Of a DNA stretch of 32,000 bases, positions 26,996-32,000 are shown one piece after another. The DNA is from Mycolicibacterium smegmatis (GTDB taxonomy: Bacteria; Actinomycetota; Actinomycetes; Mycobacteriales; Mycobacteriaceae). Position 1 is the first letter of the stretch, and the number at the start of each line of letters is the position of its first letter. The stretch covers positions 630,001-662,000 of the forward strand of contig NZ_LN831039.1 in the NCBI RefSeq assembly GCF_001457595.1, written 5' to 3'. Both the position numbers and the translations under genes were made by a program. The notes beneath the pieces are model-generated. The model searched no databases, had not been told where the DNA came from, and worked only from the letters and a program-made list of their open reading frames with translations.

Positions 26996-28233
26996 CGGCG
27001 CCACTGTGCGCCCGAATAGTTCTCCCACGGGCTGTAATCGGCGATGAGCTCCTCCTGGGGCGGGCGCTCACCCTCCGGGACGTGTTGCAGATTGATCCGG
27101 ATCCGGTACCAGATCGAGCTCGGACCTCGCATACCGTCGACCAGGATGTCCACGGGCTCAAGCTTTTTCGATACCTCCGGGTAGCGTTCCCGCCAGATGT
27201 CGAGCGCGGCCATCGCCTCGTCCTTGGTCTTGGTGCGGGCGATCTCGATCAGCGGCATCGTCGAGGCGCGTCGCCCGTCGCGGGACGCGCCCTTGGGTGC
27301 CTTCTCGGCGGGACCGAGTTCCTCGGCGAGCGCGAGCAACCCGTCGAGACCGCCGACCGCGGTGTCCATGCCCTCCCACGGATCCCCGATCTCGGCGAAC
27401 CGGTCGGGCACGGTCGCGATGGTGAACTCCTCGGGCCGGCACGTCGGCACCTCGTCCCAGCGCAGCGGGGTGGACACCCTTGCGTCCGGCGTCGCGCGCA
27501 CCGAGTAGGCCGAGGCCACCGTGCGGTCCTTGGCGTTCTGGTTGAAGTCCACGAACACCCCCTCGCGTTCCTCCTTCCACCAATGTGCGGTGGCGAGGTC
27601 GGGAGCGCGCCGTTCGACCTCACGGGCGACCGTCTGCGCGGCCAGGCGGACCTTCGCGTACGGCCAGTCGCGGCTGATGCGGGCATAGATGTGGAAACCG
27701 CGCGAGCCCGAGGTCTTGGGCCACGCGGTCAGGCCGTGATCGGAGAGCACCTCGCGCGCGACCATCGCGACGTCGAGGATCTGCTGCCACTCGACGCCGG
27801 GCATGGGGTCCAGGTCGACGCGGAGTTCGTCGGGATGGTCGAGGTCGTCGGCGCGCACCGGGTGCGGGTTGAGGTCCACACATCCGAGGTTCACGGCCCA
27901 CGCGAGACCTGCGGTGTTGCGGAGCACGGCCTCTTTGGCCGAGGTACCGGAGCGGTACTTGAGTTCGGCGACCTCGATGAAGTCGGGGCGTTTCTCAGGC
28001 GCGCGCTTCTGGAATATCGCCTCGGTGGCGATGCCCTTGACGAAGCGTTTGAGGATCATCGGCCTGCCGAACACCCCGCGCAGCGCGCCGTCGGCCACCG
28101 CGCGGTAGTAGTTGACAAGGTCGAGTTTGGTGACGGCCGCACGCCCGTCGTACTCGGGGAAGATCACCTTGTCGGGGTTGGTGACCGAGACCGTCAGGCC
28201 GTCCAACTCCAGCGTCAGTGCACCGGCCATCAT
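26992..28233 (-). CDS. polD2: Autonomous LigD-type DNA polymerase/primase (PolDom)
   Basis: VSVTNPDKVIFPEYDGRAAVTKLDLVNYYRAVADGALRGVFGRPMILKRF, VDLNPHPVRADDLDHPDELRVDLDPMPGVEW (DxD), TSGSRGFHIYARI. Upstream extension to 28332 unlikely; start at 28233 or 28230. Symbol by resemblance and Rv0269c-fadD2-fadE6-like synteny. Confidence 0.88.
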   Translation of the reverse strand: MMAGALTLELDGLTVSVTNPDKVIFPEYDGRAAVTKLDLVNYYRAVADGALRGVFGRPMILKRFVKGIATEAIFQKRAPEKRPDFIEVAELKYRSGTSAKEAVLRNTAGLAWAVNLGCVDLNPHPVRADDLDHPDELRVDLDPMPGVEWQQILDVAMVAREVLSDHGLTAWPKTSGSRGFHIYARISRDWPYAKVRLAAQTVAREVERRAPDLATAHWWKEEREGVFVDFNQNAKDRTVASAYSVRATPDARVSTPLRWDEVPTCRPEEFTIATVPDRFAEIGDPWEGMDTAVGGLDGLLALAEELGPAEKAPKGASRDGRRASTMPLIEIARTKTKDEAMAALDIWRERYPEVSKKLEPVDILVDGMRGPSSIWYRIRINLQHVPEGERPPQEELIADYSPWENYSGAQWRR

Positions 28234-28285
28234 CACATCGTAGTGACTTCCCGCAACTGCGATGGTTGTCACATATTGTGTCGTC

Positions 28286-29962
28286 ATGCTGAGTCTGTCT
28301 GATTTGCCTGCGCAAGTGACGGCGAAGGCCAAGGAGTACGCCGAGCGAGGTGTCGCCGAACTGCACTACGCCCGCAAGATGTTCGAAGCAGGCGCGTTGA
28401 GGCTCGAACCGCCGCAGCACATGCTGGCGCTGGTGGCCGACATCCGGACCTGGGGCGAGATCGGCATGATCCCGGCGCTCAACGCGCGCAGGCACCCGAA
28501 TCGGGTCGCGGTCATCGACGACGAGGGCGAGTTCACGTTCGGTGAACTCGACGCCGCGGCCCACGCGCTGGCGAACGAGTTGCTGGCACGCGGCGTCCGC
28601 GGCGGGGACGGAGTCGGCATCCTGGCCCGCAACCACCGCTGGTTTTTGGTGTCGCTGTACGGGGCCGCGCGTGTGGGCGCCCGCATCATCATGCTCAACA
28701 CCGAGTTCTCCGGGCCCCAGATCAAAGAGGTCGCCGCGCGCGAGGGCGCGAAGGTGATCATCTACGACGACGAGTACACCGCGGCGGTCGCGCAGGCCGA
28801 GACCGAGATGGGCAAGTTGCGGGCGCTGGGCACCAACCCCGACAAGGAGGAGCCGTCGGGCAGTACCGACGAAACCCTCGCCGAGGTGATCGCGCGCAGC
28901 GGCAAGCGGCCGGCGCCCAAGGCAAGCCGGCACGCCTCGATCATCATCCTGACCAGCGGCACCACCGGAACCCCCAAGGGCGCCAACCGGGCGGCCCCGC
29001 CGTCGCTCGCCCCGATCGGCGGCGTGCTCTCGCATGTGCCGTTCAAGGCCGGCGAGGTCACCGCGCTGCCCGCGCCGATGTTCCACGCGCTGGGCTTCCT
29101 GCACGCGACGATCGCGATGATGCTCGGCTCGACGCTGGTGCTACGCCGCCGCTTCAGGCCCGCCACGGTGCTCGAGGACATCGAGAAGCACAAGGTCACC
29201 GCGGCGGTGGTGGTACCGGTGATGCTCTCGCGCATGCTGGACCACCTGGAGAAGATGCCGCAGAAACCCGACCTCTCGTCGCTGCGGATCATGTTCGTCT
29301 CGGGTTCACAGCTCGGCGCGGAACTCGCGACCCGCGCACTCAAGGAACTCGGGCCGGTGATCTACAACCTGTACGGGTCGACCGAGATCGCGTTCGCCAC
29401 GATCGCGCGTCCGCAGGATCTGTCGCGCAACCCGGCCACCGTGGGCCCCGTGGTCAAGGGGATCACGGTCAAGATCCTCGACGACAACGGCAGGGAATTG
29501 CCGCAAGGTGAGGTCGGCCGCATCTTCGTGCGAAACACATTCCCCTTCAAGGGCTACACGGGCGGCGGCGGCAAGCAGATCATCGACGGCATGATGTCGT
29601 CCGGCGATGTCGGCTATTTCGACGAGCACGGTCTGCTCTACATCTCCGGCCGCGACGACGAGATGATCGTCTCGGGCGGCGAGAACGTGTTCCCCGCCGA
29701 GGTCGAGGATCTGATCAGCGGCCACCCCGAGGTCGTCGAAGCCACCGCGATCGGCGTCGACGACAAGGAGTGGGGCGCCCGGCTGCGCGCTTTCGTGGTG
29801 AAGGCCGAGGGCTCGTCGCTCACCGAGGACGACGTCAAGGCCTATGTACGTGACCATCTGGCGCGCTACAAGGTGCCACGTGAGGTGGTCTTCCTCGACG
29901 AGTTGCCGCGTAATCCCACCGGCAAGATCCTCAAGCGCGAACTGCGCAACATCGACGCCTGA
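28286..29962 (+). CDS. fadD2: Long-chain acyl-CoA synthetase (AMP-forming), FadD2-like
   Basis: ILTSGTTGTPKGANR, YNLYGSTEIAFATIA, YISGRDDEMIVSGGENVFPAEVED, LPRNPTGKILKRELR. Confidence 0.9.
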   Translation: MLSLSDLPAQVTAKAKEYAERGVAELHYARKMFEAGALRLEPPQHMLALVADIRTWGEIGMIPALNARRHPNRVAVIDDEGEFTFGELDAAAHALANELLARGVRGGDGVGILARNHRWFLVSLYGAARVGARIIMLNTEFSGPQIKEVAAREGAKVIIYDDEYTAAVAQAETEMGKLRALGTNPDKEEPSGSTDETLAEVIARSGKRPAPKASRHASIIILTSGTTGTPKGANRAAPPSLAPIGGVLSHVPFKAGEVTALPAPMFHALGFLHATIAMMLGSTLVLRRRFRPATVLEDIEKHKVTAAVVVPVMLSRMLDHLEKMPQKPDLSSLRIMFVSGSQLGAELATRALKELGPVIYNLYGSTEIAFATIARPQDLSRNPATVGPVVKGITVKILDDNGRELPQGEVGRIFVRNTFPFKGYTGGGGKQIIDGMMSSGDVGYFDEHGLLYISGRDDEMIVSGGENVFPAEVEDLISGHPEVVEATAIGVDDKEWGARLRAFVVKAEGSSLTEDDVKAYVRDHLARYKVPREVVFLDELPRNPTGKILKRELRNIDA

Positions 29963-30032
29963 CAGGCCGTAGGCAGGGCACGCTCACCGAACAAGGGGAA
30001 TAGTTTGGTGCGTGCGGTGGTAGTACTGCCTC

Positions 30033-30815
30033 GTGAACATCGACCTCACCGGTAAGACCGCACTCGTCACGGGCTCGACGCAGGGCATCGGACTCGCCAT
30101 CGCCGAAACGCTCGCCCGCAGCGGCGCGCGCGTGGCGATCAACGGGCGTACCGCATCGCGTGTCGACGAAACTGTGGCCCAACTGGGCGATCTGGACGTG
30201 GTGGGGGTGGCCGCCGACGTCGCGACGCAAAAGGGCACCGAGGCGCTGCTCGAGCAGTTGCCGTCGGTGGACATCCTCGTCAACAACCTGGGCATCTTCG
30301 GGGCAGAGCCCGCTCGCGAGATCACCGACGAGCAGTGGCGCAAGTACTTCGACGTCAACGTGCTGGCCGCGGTCCGGCTCATCCGCAGCTATCTGCCGGG
30401 CATGATCGAAAAGGGTTGGGGCCGTGCGATTCAGATCGCCAGCGACTCTGCCATCGTGATCCCCGAGGAGATGATCCACTACGGCGTCTCCAAGACCGCG
30501 CTGCTCGCGGTGTCCCGCGGATTCGCGAAAGACGCTGCGGGAACGGGTGTCACGGTCAACTCGGTGATCGCCGGACCGACCCACACCGCGGGTGTGGAGG
30601 ACTTCGTTTATCAACTCGTCGACAAGTCGCTGCCGTGGGACGAGGCGCAACGGGAATTCATGCGCAAGCACCGCCCGCAGTCGCTGCTGCAGCGCTTGAT
30701 CGAACCCGAGGAGATCGCCAACATGGTCGCCTACCTCGCATCGCCGCTGGCGTCGGCCACCACGGGTGGGGCGTTGCGCGTCGACGGTGGTTACGTCGAC
30801 GCGATCCTGCCGTGA
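30033..30815 (+). CDS. Short-chain dehydrogenase/reductase
   Basis: TALVTGSTQGIGLAIAETLARSG, VNNLGIFG, YGVSKTALLAVSRG, GALRVDGGYVDAI. Confidence 0.92.
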   Translation: MNIDLTGKTALVTGSTQGIGLAIAETLARSGARVAINGRTASRVDETVAQLGDLDVVGVAADVATQKGTEALLEQLPSVDILVNNLGIFGAEPAREITDEQWRKYFDVNVLAAVRLIRSYLPGMIEKGWGRAIQIASDSAIVIPEEMIHYGVSKTALLAVSRGFAKDAAGTGVTVNSVIAGPTHTAGVEDFVYQLVDKSLPWDEAQREFMRKHRPQSLLQRLIEPEEIANMVAYLASPLASATTGGALRVDGGYVDAILP

Positions 30816-30831
30816 ATTCCCGGCGCGGCGC

Positions 30832-31140
30832 TCAGGACGTCAGCGCGGCGCCGGGGAAAGCCAGGCAGAACAACGACAGTGCCAGCAGGAACCAGCCCGC
30901 CCCGTGCCAGATGGGCCAGGTGCCCTCGGCGCGCCACACCTGATAGGTGCGGATGAAGGCCCCGACACCGCCAACGAACATGATGGTGGGAACCAGGATC
31001 GCCGGAAGAAGCGTCCGGTCCATGACATAGAAGATCAAGGCGACGCCGGCGATGGCGACGACGCTCAGAACGTAGGCGACCGCCGAGCGAAAGGTCGCCG
31101 GATCGCGCCAGCGTTTTTCAACATCATTGGTCATGATCAC
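30832..31140 (-). CDS. small membrane protein of unknown function
   Basis: 102 aa with about three hydrophobic segments (VAYVLSVVAIAGVALIFYVM; LLPAILVPTIMFVGGVGAFI; WFLLALSLFCLAFPG). Confidence 0.7.
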   Translation of the reverse strand: MIMTNDVEKRWRDPATFRSAVAYVLSVVAIAGVALIFYVMDRTLLPAILVPTIMFVGGVGAFIRTYQVWRAEGTWPIWHGAGWFLLALSLFCLAFPGAALTS

Positions 31141-31180
31141 TCAAAACGGTTGATTGCGGAGCCAGGTTCGAAGCCGGCTC

Positions 31181-31459
31181 TCAGTGCGGGTTGTTGACGT
31201 ACCAGGACAGGCAACCCGGCCAGTGCCTGCACGCGATGATCGCGCCGGCGTCAGGCGCAGCACCACGGACCTTGGGGCTGCGCTGGGGCAGGTTGCAGTT
31301 CACGACGTATGGGTTACCCGGAACCACACCGTTCACACATGGCTGTGCCTGTGCGGTCGGGGTGGTCTGACTCAGAACAGCCGAGGGACCGGCAATCAGT
31401 GCGAAAGCCGCGGCCGTGGTGCCCGCGGCTCGAAGGAGACGTTGCTTAGTAACACTCAT
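31181..31459 (-). CDS. small secreted protein
   Basis: 92 aa; signal peptide MSVTKQRLLRAAGTTAAAFALIAGPSAVLSQTTPTAQAQP; mature part PCVNGVVPGNPYVVNCNLPQ with Cys residues. Confidence 0.7.
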   Translation of the reverse strand: MSVTKQRLLRAAGTTAAAFALIAGPSAVLSQTTPTAQAQPCVNGVVPGNPYVVNCNLPQRSPKVRGAAPDAGAIIACRHWPGCLSWYVNNPH

Positions 31460-31529
31460 TATGTGAGTACCAACCGTTCCGGCCCGCGTTCTATTTCGCC
31501 ACCTTCGACGGTAGACCCGATGTGACTCC

Positions 31530-31570
31530 GCGACCAGGGCGGATCGGAGTTTCCTTCCCGCCCCGGTCGC
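31530..31570 (-). terminator. Terminator-like hairpin downstream of the acyl-CoA dehydrogenase gene
   Basis: GCGACCAGGGCG (31530-31541) / CGCCCCGGTCGC (31559-31570), 11/12 complementary, 17-nt loop; no U-tract. Confidence 0.45.
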
Positions 31571-31589
31571 AGCGCACGGCCTCGGGTGT

Positions 31590-32000
31590 CTACGGATCGC
31601 GCGGGAGCCCGAGCAGGCGCTCGGCGATGATGTTCAACTGCACCTCGGTGGTGCCGCCGTAGATCGTGGTGGCGCGGCTGGCCAGCAGATACTCGGCCCA
31701 GCGGCCCGGTTCCTCCTGAGGGTCGCCGATCGCGGCGTCGGTGCCGAACGTCGACACCGCGAACTCCGCGTAGCCCTGGCCGGTCTTCATCGACAGCAGC
31801 TTCGAGATCGCCGCGTTGGGCATGGCGTCGCCGCCGGCCAGCGTCAGCAGCGTGGAACGCAGGTTGAGCACCTTTGCGGCGTGCCCCTCGGCGATCAGCT
31901 GCCCGGCGTGGTTCTGCTCGATCTGGTCGAACTGGCCGTCGCGCAGGAACTGCACGAACTGGTCGAGGTTGGCCAGGAAGGGCGGTTCGCTGCTACCGAT
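31590..32000 (-). CDS. fadE6: Acyl-CoA dehydrogenase, C-terminal fragment (gene continues beyond window), FadE6-like
   Basis: VQFLRDGQFDQIEQNHAGQLIAEGHAAKVLNLRS...ASRATTIYGGTTEVQLNIIAERLLGLPRD. Frame is open to the window edge. Symbol inferred from synteny with fadD2. Confidence 0.8.
   Translation of the reverse strand: MGSSEPPFLANLDQFVQFLRDGQFDQIEQNHAGQLIAEGHAAKVLNLRSTLLTLAGGDAMPNAAISKLLSMKTGQGYAEFAVSTFGTDAAIGDPQEEPGRWAEYLLASRATTIYGGTTEVQLNIIAERLLGLPRDP

Noticed and set aside
1-32000. CRISPR array, prophage, IS element, toxin-antitoxin, tRNA/rRNA or defence system
   Set aside because: No regularly spaced repeats, no transposase/integrase/phage proteins and no tRNA-like cloverleaf noticed. 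The content is core metabolic and regulatory genes.

Overview
Window from a high-GC actinobacterial chromosome. Gene content and synteny (MmpS/MmpL, autonomous LigD-POL next to a fadD2-like and a fadE6-like gene) point to a Mycolicibacterium/Mycobacterium smegmatis-like organism. It is densely coding metabolic DNA. I see no phage, transposon, CRISPR array, tRNA or rRNA. Main blocks: (1) two convergent, 3'-overlapping ECF sigma factors without a visible anti-sigma partner; (2) an mmpS-mmpL pair; (3) MFS transporter, acyl-CoA dehydrogenase and thioesterase-like protein; (4) a PucR-type regulator divergent from gabT-gabD; (5) a CoA-transferase and a STAS-domain protein that converge on a perfect 17-bp hairpin; (6) a compact L-rhamnose operon (mutarotase, MFS transporter, isomerase, bifunctional rhamnulose-1-P aldolase/lactaldehyde dehydrogenase, rhamnulokinase, LacI regulator) preceded by the perfect LacI-type palindrome ATTGAAACGTTTCAAT; (7) a lutABC-like L-lactate oxidation operon divergent from a FadR/LldR-type GntR regulator, with two near-identical TGTGGTCnGACCACA palindromes between them; (8) an autonomous LigD-type polymerase/primase divergent from an acyl-CoA synthetase, then an SDR, small membrane and secreted proteins, and the C-terminus of an acyl-CoA dehydrogenase. 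The strongest system-level idea is that blocks 6 and 7 together form one locus converting L-rhamnose to DHAP plus pyruvate through L-lactate. Less explained signals are a tandem GGSGGTAAACCSCC palindrome pair upstream of the first sigma gene, long inverted repeats at 13136-13194 and 5126-5159, an 11-codon mini-ORF between rhaEW and rhaB, and a 26-codon ORF after the STAS gene.
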